Shown here: piece by piece, positions 44,138 through 55,353 of the stretch | Position numbering within the stretch: position 1 is the first letter of the stretch | Layout: every line of letters begins with the position of its first letter | DNA from: Paramoeba atlantica | Taxonomy: Eukaryota > Protista > Discosea | Assembly (NCBI GenBank): GCA_977017575.1 | Contig: CDRNVI010000062.1 | Span: forward strand, 62,001-126,000 | Length of the DNA: 64,000 bases | Direction of reading: 5' to 3' | Made by a program: the position numbers and the translations under genes | The notes under the pieces: model-generated | Seen by the model: only the letters and a program-made list of their open reading frames with translations | Told to the model about the DNA's origin: nothing | Databases searched by the model: none

Positions 44138-44952
44138 ACAAGGTAGGCTATCAATGCCGTTGAGAGAGTTTAAGCAGACCGAGGCGTTGTTTACCTTACT
44201 TTTTCTAGACTCTTCTTTCTAGACTTTCTAGTGAGTAGCTTGTTAATGAAAGCGAAGATGAAGATTGGAAGTTCATACAAAGGTTACATTTGTAAGTTAC
44301 GACGAAATAACCTTCAAAATCGGCGTCAATTACATGCAGTACAAGAAAAGAAAAAAAGTGTATTTTTTTGAGACAAGGAATGGAAAATGTATTTAACCGC
44401 ATTTAACATTTCGAAAACATGAGTATTAAGCTTTTTATGCACTATCGTAAATTTTCAAAAAATGACTACAATATAAGTCATCTGCAGCTAAACAATTGTT
44501 TTTCAACGAACATTCAACGAACATATCCCCAATCCCCAATTACATTCACAAACAAAAAGGATGCTCCCCTTTTTCAGCAAAAAAAAATCGATGTATGTTC
44601 GTGTTTCCGTTCATCGAAAAGGACGTCCTGTTCGATGAATATTCATCGAATGCCCCCCTCCCCAAATATTGTATAGAGTTGAGTCATTCTCATGGTAATC
44701 TGGTGCTCTATTGAATCAGGAAGGATGCAAATCTACTGGTCTATTAAATAAATAAAAATTATTAAGTAGCAAACTAAAGCATGATCTTGATATAGTATCA
44801 CCGTCGACGAAAATAAGGAACGTTCGCTGTGCATTCGATTATAAATATATTTTTTTATAATTAATTATAATTCTACTTTTTTAACACATTCCTATTTGTA
44901 ATAAATATTTCCAAACCTTTCGCTTCTTATGACTCCGAAAAAAGTGATACAG

Positions 44953-45456
44953 CTACTTTCGTTGTTCCACCAGCTTTTCAATGAGTGCGTTACCCTTGTT
45001 ACGGACCTGTGCTGCCTCAACTGAAAGTTCTTTGCGTTGAGCGGCTGACAACTTCTGGTATTTGGCAGATACTTTCTTTGCCACCGCGCGGAAACAAGCT
45101 TTAGTATTCTTGTGGTTGCCCTTCTCTGCCTTGTATATCGCCGGCATGACACGTCGCACGAACAAACTATAAGGGCGACATTTAGCACCTTGAACTTGCG
45201 CTTTCAGTGACTGTTTTCGCTTCATATTCTCGGCAGCAATCTTGCTGAAGGATTGCACTTGAACAGGAGATAACTTTTTAAAAGAGGCATGTACTCCGGC
45301 GAGATCTGGAGATCCTTTTTTACCTTTGAGAAACTTTGACATAAATACACGCAGCGCACTTGTCGGGGCTGATTTTCCAGCCCACGGCTTATTGATAACT
45401 TTATGACGAAGCTTTGCGATGTTCTTGGTGAGGTTTGGAAGCGCACGAGAAAACAT
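44953..45456 (-). CDS. KAP/ABF2-like HMG protein, copy 3, 167 aa
   Basis: intact ORF; shares its 3' flank with copy 4. Confidence 0.75.
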   Translation of the reverse strand: MFSRALPNLTKNIAKLRHKVINKPWAGKSAPTSALRVFMSKFLKGKKGSPDLAGVHASFKKLSPVQVQSFSKIAAENMKRKQSLKAQVQGAKCRPYSLFVRRVMPAIYKAEKGNHKNTKACFRAVAKKVSAKYQKLSAAQRKELSVEAAQVRNKGNALIEKLVEQRK

Positions 45457-46299
45457 TAGAGATAGAAAGACAGAGAATTAGACAAAAAACCTAGTATGAG
45501 ATAAAATAAGATAATTTATTAGCCTTAACCTTTTACCTGTAGATTTATTGAGGGAGATATGGTGAGCATCTAACTCGTCTTCTAAGATTAATTCCGCGAG
45601 CGTGGAATGGGCGTAAAGCGAGTAATCCGGCGAACGGTATATTATTTAAATCGCCATTTAATTAATATAGTGTTAAAATTTCTATCAAAAGAATATAGCG
45701 CTATCTAATATTTAAATACCGTAGTAGTAGGTCCGCCATAGTGGGAAAATGAGGTGAATTTTGCCATTTAAATAATAAATTTATAATAATTAATAAATAA
45801 TTTTAATTCATGGCACAATTGTTTTTTAAATAAAAGTTCAATTTTTGGCTGGAAACATTTTTTTAATTTTTTGTCAATTTTTGAATTTCTCATGAGGTCT
45901 GATCTTGGCAACCACTTTCTAGAGAAGAGTGCCACAGATTTTTGTACAAAAACTTAAATATCATGACAGGATTTGACGAAGGGAGAGCAAGAGGCTTTTC
46001 TTCAACACCCGGTCGTGGGATCATGCGAGATGATCTTGCATCTCACATCACACCCACAGCCCCTCACTTGAGGGGCTGCGGGTACTTCGACCGAGACCGC
46101 ACCGAGACCGCGGTTCGTATTTTCGGTGGGGAGAGATAGAAAAACAGCCAAAAGTTTACATTTGTTTTTATTTTTAAGTGGAATTTCGAATTCGGTGTAC
46201 GCTTCTAGCTATATTTTCCTTTGTTTCTTTCTCTGAATCATTTTCATCCTTTTTACTAACAACGGCGCGTTTTTCTTTTCCCGTAAACTTTTCTCCTAA

Positions 46300-46950
46300 A
46301 TGTTTATGAATATCGAGAGCAATGACGCATTGCAAGAACGATTGACTGCTCTTGAGCCTGAGACAAGTGCCGAACACAAACTCTTCGATGTCATCAAGGC
46401 TTCGACGATCCGGGTCTTTACGAAGAGGCCCGACGTTTTCTCCAAGCCACGTTTGGAGATAAGCAATGCGGAGCTCAGTAGTAAAGTGGATGAAATCGCA
46501 GGGCGCGTGTCACGCACGATGGACAACTTCCTACCTGTTGCACGCTCTGTGTGTGGCATTGACTTGACCTCGTGCATCGTGACTCGCGCCCTGTTCCACT
46601 TGGTTGACCGCCGGGGCCATCTGCATCTGAGCGTCCGCCCCCGGAGCGCGTACTTCCTTGGAGAGGCAGCTGCCGACCTTGAAGAGTACCTTCAAGAAGA
46701 CCCCCTCTTTTCCCCCCATCGCCAAGGTGAAGTGGGCGACTTTGTGGACAGCGTGTGGCGCTCTGTTTCCGGGAAGCGGTCTCGCGTTTGCCAGCAGTGG
46801 CGTCAGCGCAAGCGGACCGCTTCTCGTCAAAATGAATCAAGCAGCGGGGCTGAAGTCTCGCCACCACCCCCAGAATACAATCCTCCCTCGTATACGGTGG
46901 CCAGCCCGATCGCTACTTCGGATCGTTCGGTTCGTTTCCCGGCCTTATAG
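46300..46950 (+). CDS. Transposon accessory protein of unknown family
   Basis: intact 216-aa ORF inside the TIRs; clear homologue at 54432-55106. Confidence 0.8.
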   Translation: MFMNIESNDALQERLTALEPETSAEHKLFDVIKASTIRVFTKRPDVFSKPRLEISNAELSSKVDEIAGRVSRTMDNFLPVARSVCGIDLTSCIVTRALFHLVDRRGHLHLSVRPRSAYFLGEAAADLEEYLQEDPLFSPHRQGEVGDFVDSVWRSVSGKRSRVCQQWRQRKRTASRQNESSSGAEVSPPPPEYNPPSYTVASPIATSDRSVRFPAL

Positions 46951-47240
46951 GTGTGCTCCACATGAGACGAGAAAGTACGAAGGTAAGACGGTAATAAGGT
47001 CTTACGAAGGTAAGACGGTAATAAGATGGCAAAGAAGGTAATAAGGCAAGTTAAGGTAAGGCAATTTCGTTCCCACTACTGTTCTGTTCGATTTTCCCTA
47101 ATTACTAGCTCATTCCACTAATTGTTATTTCATTCCACTAATTACAAGTACATGCTAAAATATTTCCGCCCAATAATAATACAACCCTACTTATTTTGCT
47201 TTTAAATCGAAATTTCTTTCAATCGTTTCATTCTCTCTCT

Positions 47241-48185
47241 ATGTTTGGCATCTCGATAGCACAGGTGTGGGAGTTCTACAACGAGCTCCGACGTGTGCAT
47301 GGATCCGATGTTACGGAGACTGATTACCGTCGTGTTCAGTCATCATTGTGCATCTGTTCTCTGAATTGCACATGGGAACAGTTGTACGATGTCCAAAGGG
47401 CGTGGCTCTCACCGGACGCCCCGTTGATTTCAATTCGGACTCTCCGGGATGATTTTACTCGTGTGGCGCAGCTGTGCCGTTCACCCCTGCTCATGAACCC
47501 CGAGCTACGGTTTACCCAGGGAGTATCATGGTTATCTGACGTAACCTGCATGCTGGACGTCACGACGATCCCATGTCGTGCAAGAAAACCGAGAGAAACA
47601 CCTGATGAAACCACCCGAGATAGCACCTATTCGGGAAAGCACCGGCAGCACTGCTTCAAGGTGGAAGTTTGGCTAACACTGGCCGGAGTTCCATTCTTCT
47701 TTCGCGGACCAGTTGTTGGCAGCATGCATGATGCCAAAATTTATAAGAGTACTAGTGTGCATCGTACTCCGCTGTTCACTCACCACAAAGATGAAATGTT
47801 CTTGGCCGATCTAGGGTACATAGGTTGTGCGCACTGCCTTGTACCCTATAAGAAAACTGGCCGTGGTCTCACCGATGATGAAAAACGTGTGAATGAAAGG
47901 ATTTCACTGATTCGCTCTCGAATTGAGCGACGTTTTGCACATTTCGACAAGTTTCGTTTTCTTCATGGTACTGATCATGATATACCATGGGTCAGAGACG
48001 CTTTTCAAAATGTTTCTGTAGTTACGTATGGACTGCTGGCTACTCAGCCGCAGCATGATTTCGATTCGATTATAAATTTAAGTTTGAAATCTACAAGTGA
48101 TGAAGGTGAGTGTTTATGTAGTAAAGGGTGCGGTGTAGTTGATGGTATCGAAAGCCGCAGAGAGTGGCTTAAGGAAAAAGCCTAA
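47241..48185 (+). CDS. DDE_Tnp_4-type (ISL2EU/Harbinger-like) transposase
   Basis: CMLDVT, YSGKHRQHCFK, GSMHDAKI, LADLGYIG, NERISLIRSRIERRFA; uninterrupted. Confidence 0.9.
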   Translation: MFGISIAQVWEFYNELRRVHGSDVTETDYRRVQSSLCICSLNCTWEQLYDVQRAWLSPDAPLISIRTLRDDFTRVAQLCRSPLLMNPELRFTQGVSWLSDVTCMLDVTTIPCRARKPRETPDETTRDSTYSGKHRQHCFKVEVWLTLAGVPFFFRGPVVGSMHDAKIYKSTSVHRTPLFTHHKDEMFLADLGYIGCAHCLVPYKKTGRGLTDDEKRVNERISLIRSRIERRFAHFDKFRFLHGTDHDIPWVRDAFQNVSVVTYGLLATQPQHDFDSIINLSLKSTSDEGECLCSKGCGVVDGIESRREWLKEKA

Positions 48186-48920
48186 AAAATCAAATAAGTG
48201 TGCTAAGTAATTTTATTTACTTATGGGCGGGGGGAGGGGGTAGGCTTCCGGTGGGCCTAGGGGGTGTACACCAAAAAGTAAAATATTTACGTTCAAGGCT
48301 CGTGATAAATTTGTAGTTATAAATGAGTGTATCAGGGTTACCCCTTTCTTTGGTAAAATCACGCGTATATTCCTTTTAGTAGATTTGTTACTAACCGTAC
48401 AGATTTGTTAATAACCGTAAATTTCATTGAGATTTCCTCTCCAACAATGTCCGGATTCATGTAGCCTCGCCTTCGCCTTCTACGCCCCTGCCCCCACCCC
48501 CCACCCATTCCACGCTTTCTGTTCTTGCACTCAGATAAGTGCGTACGCCGCACCGAGACCGCGCCGAGACCGCACCGAATCCCCACCCGCAGCCCCTCAC
48601 TTAATGACCACTTATTGTCCTTCCCTTCGCAACGCATTTGACAAGATTAGAGAGATGTAATTTATTTTTCTTCTTGTCTACCACGATTTCAAATCTAATG
48701 TTTTGGTGAAAAGCTACTTTGCTCCCCGTAAAAAATCTTGAATCTTTTTGGGGGCAAAAAAACCCTTTTGACCTACTTTTTGGTTTCTTCCGCCTCTCTA
48801 CCAAGAACTTCTATTAGTCGATATGTACAAATTTCTAGAAAATTTACTGTAACAAAAATTATTGATTGTTCAATTAAAAGTTGCAGAGCTTCGCCAATAA
48901 TTAAAAGCTCAATAATATTA

Positions 48921-49666
48921 CTGTCCCTTTCATAAAATCTGTCCCCCCTACTTAAGAGTCCGTGGGGTACCCCCCCTACTTAAGAGTCCTTTTTGACGGA
49001 TCCTCGGGCTGCCTGCGGCGCGAAGTGCTGCCAGATTTGTTTTTTGATTTTTTTCTATTTTCTTTGATTTTTTTTGTTGTCTGCCCATTGCGTTTAGTTG
49101 CGTTTTTAATATTTCTAAGCTATTTATATTTGATGGTACTCCGAGGAAGGAGCAGACTACGGGAAGGCATGTTACACAACCATCCTCCTCAGCCCTCTTC
49201 AACTCTCTCACGAACTGATCGAAGTTCTTCTCCCCTCCGATCACCCTCCTCACACGAGAACGGCAAATTTGCCGACCAAACCCCTTCATCTATCTCCCCA
49301 CCTAACCACGGTAACCTTCCGTTACCCCATTCCGGGAGCCAAGCTCGTTCTCTTCTATCCCAAGTGTGCGCGGTATTGTATTACGAGTATCATTATATTC
49401 TCCTGCATATCAAGGGTCATATTCTGAATATTTATGACAGTTTTTTTTTGAACATGCCTCAGTAGCACGTCGGGTACAGACGCCGACCTTCATTAGACAA
49501 AAATAGAAAAAAAATAGAGAAACACATGGACAAAAAAGGAACCGGCCATATTGAAATTTTATGAAAAAATGCTGACCCCCCCACTTAAGAGTCCGAAAAA
49601 TTGTGACCCCCCCACTTAAGAGTCCAAATGCCCAAAATCGGCGGACTCTTAAGGAGGGGGGGACAG
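48921..49666. mobile_element. TA-flanked MITE (CTGTCCCCCCTACTTAAGAGTCC TIR)
   Basis: inverted termini and internal CCCCCCACTTAAGAGTCC repeats. Confidence 0.75.
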
Positions 49667-49726
49667 TAATTTTAATTATAAAATATAAAACTTTTAGATT
49701 TATAATTACCCCCCCTCTAATAACTA

Positions 49727-50707
49727 CCGTCACCCCCCCCTTTATACTTCCGCCGGTTTCGGTACTTTTGGAAGTATAAAGGCGGGGGTCTGACTTTCGG
49801 AAGTATAAAGGGGGGGTCTGATTTTTTGAAAAATCCGCGAAACAAATATTTTTGAAAAAGGGGCAAAAAAAAAAAATGCGCCGCTTCGCGGCGCTGGTTT
49901 CCTATTATTCTATCTAAAAATCAATCATCTAATCTCCAAACATGCAGGGCACAATGTTTGCTTCCGTGTTTCACTTGCACACAATCAACATACGCTGTAT
50001 ATTACGCTGTAGTGAATACGTGTCGGGACGATCTACCATTAGAAGCTTCATGGGACAGTCTTTGAAACGAGGTACATTCGCCTTTGCTGCAGCAGGCGCA
50101 TGTCCGCGCTGGCTGTCATCCCGCCCAGTTCGCTAAGGAGGAGTTCGTCATTTTTTTCGCATCTCGACATGTTTGTCCTCGTGCAAACCCCATCGCGCTT
50201 GCGATCACGATAGACTTTTTTCTAGAAAAGTCCGACACCATTTTTTCGGATGGAGCGGATGGTTCGAGATCAGACGCCGTACTTCTCGCTGATTTGTGGA
50301 GCACTGCTACTCGAATGACACACATTCAACTTCTCCTACATTGTTGGGTTCTTTCCTCCCTGGGGTGAACCGACGGACACTGGTAATGTCGCAGGCTCCG
50401 CGCTTGAAACCATTATTTCGTTGGGAGGCCGAACGCGATGAAGAGGGGGATAAAGCTTAACCCACTGTGAGTATTGACATGGGAAAAAATACGGCAAATA
50501 ATTTAAATGTATATCTAGCAATATCTCTACACACATCTCTAACGTTTAATAAAAAAAATGTAGAAAATTGTTATAAAAAATGCTTCGCGGCGTATTTTTT
50601 TTGGGACCGGAAGTATAAAGGTGGGGGGCTGATTTTTCATCTGGATGAAAACGGAAGTATAAAGGGGGGGGTTGACCCCCCTGAAGTATAAAGGAGGGGG
50701 GTGACAG
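49727..50707. mobile_element. TA-flanked MITE (C(C/T)GTCACCCCCCCCTTTATACTTC TIR)
   Basis: inverted termini, GAAGTATAAAGG subterminal repeats, GCGCCGCTTCGCGGCGC hairpin. Confidence 0.75.
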
Positions 50708-50849
50708 TAATTATAAATAGAAAATATACAGTGTTATATTTAATTACGGTATTATTTAATTACGCTTTTAAGGTTATTTTTGGCTAAAATTAATCTTAAT
50801 CAAATTAACCGTAATATAATCCACTCGTAAATTAATAATTTTTGAACAC

Positions 50850-53360
50850 ACTTTTTGAGTAACGTTTAAGCGCCCAAGCCATTGGATTCGTCTGAGATCA
50901 TTTTATAAAGGTTTGTGTTTCGCGCTGACGTAGTTCCCTGGCCATTTGCTTCTGAGAGAGCTTCTCCCCCGGGAAGAACAGGAAGCGTTTTACCGAGAGA
51001 ATGAGGTTCCAGGCGGTCACAATCTTCTCGTCAGGGGATTTAGATGGGAACCTACGGCAAACATGTGCTAAGTGTTCTCTCCACGCGGGGGTCTGGACTG
51101 CATAAAGTTTGCGCAGAGCCCCTCCCCAACAGTTCCGCCAGGTTTTCGGACGGGGCGTGGTCGGTTCCTTCTGTATACGCGCTCTGTGTGCATGGGGGCG
51201 TAACGGAAACAGGTTCGGACGGAATTACGGCCGTGTGTGCGGGCTCCGGCTGGAGGGGGCTGGCCGTAATGGCTGCCACCGCGATCCCTTCGAGTATCAT
51301 CTCGCTGACGAGCGGGGTGGGCTCCGCCATAAGGACCGGCGCGAGGCTGCCTTCCTCAGAGTGTGGCTCACCGGCGTGCTGGTTGCCATCCCCCTGACGA
51401 GGGAAGTTCGGTTCAGAACCTTTCGGGAGGTTACCGGCCTTTGCGGGAATGCTGCGGGTTGCGGTGGGGCCCTAGCCTTAGGGGGGGATGTTACGTAAGG
51501 GCCTGAAGGGAGGCTGCGCACGACAGACCGAGTATTGCGAGTCTTGCGGTGAGGTCCCGGGTTAGCCTCGATGCAGCCCCGTCTCAGGTTGCATCGCACC
51601 AGTTCCGCCGACCACCCCGAGTCGGCGATTAAACCCTCAGAAGGGAGGAAACACCAGTATACGGACCCGTCTTCCGCCTCGAAAGGGGTCCATGTACATG
51701 CGAAGTCGTGAGCTAGTGCCAACGTGTGGCAAAGGAAGAAGGGAATATTTTCTGCGGGGAGGGGGGATTTCGTGTTGATGCACGAGCCGTGTGTTGTTCC
51801 GTCGAACACCCTGACATGGTGTCCGTATGGCGAATCGTTGAAAGGTACGAGCAGGGTGGCCCAAATGCTGGGCGAGGCGCCCACGTCCTCGTCTGTCTCC
51901 AGGTAGGGGCCTCCATGGTCGCTGGTGAGACATACGCGGTCCGACGGGACCCCTAGCGTGCGGCCGACTGTGTGAGCTAAGCCTTGGAGTGGGCATCCGG
52001 GTGGGACCGGAACCATGATGTGCCCCATAGCGTGGGGCCCTAGATGCAGGTTAACCTTGGTCCAGACCTCCTCATGGAGTTCCGGAGGGGGAGGGGGGGC
52101 GTCCCTGGTGGGCCGTGCGCTCCCCCCGACTGGTGGCGAAATCGAGGGGCGTCAGCCATAGGGGGCGGCGGAGAGTTTACTTCAATGTGCCCACTCGCCG
52201 GGGTTGTCGGGGCCCTGTTTACTAAGGCGATGCGCTGCAGTTCCCCGAGCCACACGTTGTGGAGTTCGGAGGCTGAGGCCCACTGGAGGTCTGAGATATC
52301 TGAAGCTCCCCACCGGTGTTCCTTGAGAAGGTGGGCGGCGGTCGCGCGGACAGCGGCCTGTTCGTGGACGAGCTTATGTTCCGCCAACTTCCGCTGATCG
52401 AGGAAGACTCGCCCACAAGTATGACAAAGATGTGCTCGATCCTCGACCAGTTTGCGTTCCCTATGCTCCTGCCTCGCGTCCTGGCAGAGTAGGGCGAGCC
52501 ACTCTGAGATGATGTCGTCCCGCGCCCTCGCGAAGTCGGCCTTCAGAGCTCGGGCAGCGCTCGCTAGACGATGCTCTTCGACTTCGTGTCCGAGTACACT
52601 AGGTCCGAGGACACTCCATCCTTGCGTCCCCTATTGAAGAGAGCCCCCATAATTTCGGCATTCTTAGATGCTATGATCGCAAGTTGGTCCTAGAGAGGGG
52701 GTGCTTTGTCAGTTACGGTGCCGGAGGGGTTCTGTACCTTGGGTTGATAGGCGCGGAGGGATGGGTGAGAGCAATCTGGCCTTGTCCGCGTAAGAGTGGG
52801 TCAAATGGGTGGGCGTCGGCCGAGGGGCGAAGGAGACCTGGGAGGAGGAGCGGGTGCGGGGGCCTTCGGCTTGACGGAGGCTCGGCTTGCGGGGAGCCGA
52901 CCGGCCCCTGGACGTGGCGCGCGTGGGGGTAGAGAAACGTGAACGAGAGCGTGTTCTACGGCCTGGGGATGTGTCCCGTCCCGGGGAGATTCTGGCGGGT
53001 GATGAGTGGCTACCAGCGCTCTGGCGTTCGGCGCGGAGTTCAACACACCCCGGGCATAGAAGGTTAAAAGGTCGCCTCGGGGAGAAGGGCTGCGCGCAGA
53101 AACCACACGGCCGGTTGTCGAGGGAGGAGGAGGCCCCCGCGTGACGACGGGGGGAGGTCTGCTTGGGTCCACCGTGGGCGGGCCCGAGAGAAGAGGAGTG
53201 GTCCCGCGGAGATCGGGACAATCGTCGAGATGAATCAGCGCACGGCTGGCACATCCGGTGGGAGGGGGAGAGTGGTTCATACTTCGAACCTCAAGTTGCG
53301 CAAAACAAGATTCCCTGGAGCGGGGGTTTTGCCATGGGGGTAAAATAACGAAGAAAATTT
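50850..53360 (-). mobile_element. Decayed GC-rich retroelement-like ORF region directly downstream of an SL-like exon (CRE/SLACS-like 5' part?)
   Basis: two C4 zinc fingers, Pro/Arg-rich linkers, 2A-like GCIEANPGP, several frameshifts; no RT retained. Confidence 0.5.
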
Positions 53361-53396
53361 AACAAGGTACAGAAACTGTATCTTATCGTTAAAGTT
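53361..53396 (-). ncRNA. Spliced-leader exon-like sequence AACTTTAACGATAAGATACAGTTTCTGTACCTTGTT
   Basis: contains the conserved euglenozoan SL core ATACAGTTTCTGTAC and begins AAC; no intron follows. Confidence 0.7.
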
Positions 53397-54192
53397 AAAT
53401 CTTTATCGGTAAAATGATATCGCAGAACATAACCTATTGAACACCAATTTAAATTTTAGAATTACAAGACGCTGTGGAGCAAATTTATGATCAAAGCGAT
53501 GATGAAACTGACATGGAAGAAAACCGTTCTGAATTAGAAATGGTTCAACGAATCTAAGTCATTCCGGATTGCTCCGATTGGTCACTGGCAGGCCAGACCC
53601 TTCACATGTAGATTTGAAACTTTCGAGGCCGAAGTCCTCTACCTGTTTTCGTTAGTACAAGGCGGCAACAACGTGCTGCTACCAACCCGTTGCGTCGACG
53701 AACCCAAGACAATCTTCAAAAGTTATCATTCCTGCAGCTACGTAGCATTCCTGTAGCCGTTAACATTCTCCCCGGAACGGTAAACCGGACTACGGTTTAA
53801 AATCCCGGTATGACGGCGTCGTCTTCACCAAGAAAGTTGCACCAAGAACCTTTGTGCATCGATCTTTGTGCGCCATCTGTGTCCCCCCCTTTGAAGACCA
53901 CTGGGCGTGGCCCTGCCTCGCCTTATCCCGATGCAACAGTCGGTTGCAGTGCACCCCTCCGGCTGTGTAAAGAGGTGGTAAGTTGTCTGGAGAATCTGAC
54001 ACCCCCCTTACTTCACCACACGTCCAGTGACTAAATGTGGTGAAGTAAGGGGGGAGGCGAAGTAAGGGGGGGTAACGGTATGTGGAAGCCGGGTTCAGGC
54101 GGGGGGTGCAGGGGGTGTAGGAGAGTGCAGGGAGGCTCTGCAGCTGGCAATGAAACATTCTAAGGATTCACACAGATTGGTGCCCATACATG

Positions 54193-55353
54193 TGAGGGGC
54201 TGCGGGTGACGTTAACCGCGGTCTCGCACGGTCTCGGCGCGGTCTCGCGCGGTCTCATATTTGTAAAATGGGCTAGAGGGTAAAAACACGACTTGCAGAT
54301 TAGGTAAAATGGTATTTGAGGTGAACACTAAACATCCGCTTTGACACACTTAAAACCATCACGAATAATAAGCAGAACTTAAAATATGATCTTCTCTCTT
54401 TCTCCTTCAACTTTTCCTGAACGCGTCCTTTTTAGTTCAGCCGCGGGAACGAGACTACACGGTCTGATGTTCTTATTTCTTTCGCCGTATAATAGGACGG
54501 CGTGGGGACATTCTTCTCCTGATCTGCAGCCGTGGGACAAGCTTCTGGGGTCTGAGATGCTGGCTTCTGAGATGCTTCATCCGCCCCTCGTTTGAGCCGG
54601 CGACGATGCCGGTAGGTCACGCAGGCACGAGAACGCCTCCCGGATACAGAGCGCCACAAACTATCCACGAAGTCTCCTACTTCGTTGTCCCGTCGAGGTG
54701 CATACATCGGGCTGAGTTCCAGGAAGCTTTGGAGATCCTGGGCAGCTTCTCCAACAAAGTAAACGGCGTGCGACGGAACATCCATAAGCAGATGCCCGCG
54801 GCGATCTACGATGTGAAGAATGGCGCGCTCCAGTATCTGTGGCGTAATGTCTATGCCACAAACGGAACGGCCCCCGTGAAGGAAACTATCCATGGTGCGA
54901 TGAATGCGTTCCAGGATTTCTTCGACTTTTGCTCCTAGCTCTTCTTCTGTGATAATCAGCTTCGGAGGGGTAAATACGTTAACACGTTTCGTGAAAACCC
55001 TCTTGGTTGAAGCTAAAACAACCTCATAGATCGCCTTTTCACTTTCAACCTCCGAGGGGTTCGCAATTCGAGCTTTTAGGTCAGCATTACTCTCAATTCC
55101 AGTCATTGACAAGACAAAAAGATACGGAAAGCGAATTAACAAACTAAAGATGTTCAAAAATAGTCTTACTTCTATCTTCATCAAGGCCTACAATATGAGT
55201 ACTCCATACACATCGTATATACGAAGTGAAAATTCTTTTTTATTCAAATTATGCTCTACTCTCCATCCAAAAACTAGTATTTTTTTGTCTCTCCAAGCCA
55301 AGAGCAAACCGCGGTCTCGCGCGGTATCGTGTGCCACGACCCGCAGCCCCTCA
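54193..55353 (-). mobile_element. Non-autonomous relative of the ISL2EU element carrying only the accessory ORF
   Basis: TIR TGAGGGGCTGCGGG; TG duplicated at 54191-92 and 55354-55; GCGGTCTCG subterminal repeats. Confidence 0.85.
54432..55106 (-). CDS. Transposon accessory protein of unknown family, 224 aa
   Basis: intact from MTGIESN; shares RVFTKR, RTMD.F..RSVCGID, VDRRGHL, EVGDFVDS.WRSVSG.RSR and TSDR with 46300-46950. Confidence 0.8.
   Translation of the reverse strand: MTGIESNADLKARIANPSEVESEKAIYEVVLASTKRVFTKRVNVFTPPKLIITEEELGAKVEEILERIHRTMDSFLHGGRSVCGIDITPQILERAILHIVDRRGHLLMDVPSHAVYFVGEAAQDLQSFLELSPMYAPRRDNEVGDFVDSLWRSVSGRRSRACVTYRHRRRLKRGADEASQKPASQTPEACPTAADQEKNVPTPSYYTAKEIRTSDRVVSFPRLN

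Larger units (their letters stand above)
46069..48599 (+). mobile_element. Putatively autonomous ISL2EU/Harbinger-type DNA transposon with two ORFs
   Basis: TIR TGAGGGGCTGCGGG; CT duplicated at 46067-68 and 48600-01; CCGAGACCGC subterminal repeats. Confidence 0.85.
42670..48920. mobile_element. Long-TIR (about 600 bp) foldback-like composite carrying a KAP-like gene; right arm split by the ISL2EU element
   Basis: 43010-43275 is the inverse of 45795-46068; 42670-43035 is the inverse of 48586-48920. Confidence 0.6.

Noticed and set aside
53361-53396. Complete functional SL RNA gene
   Set aside because: No GT intron, Sm site or tandem array follows; treated as an exon relic
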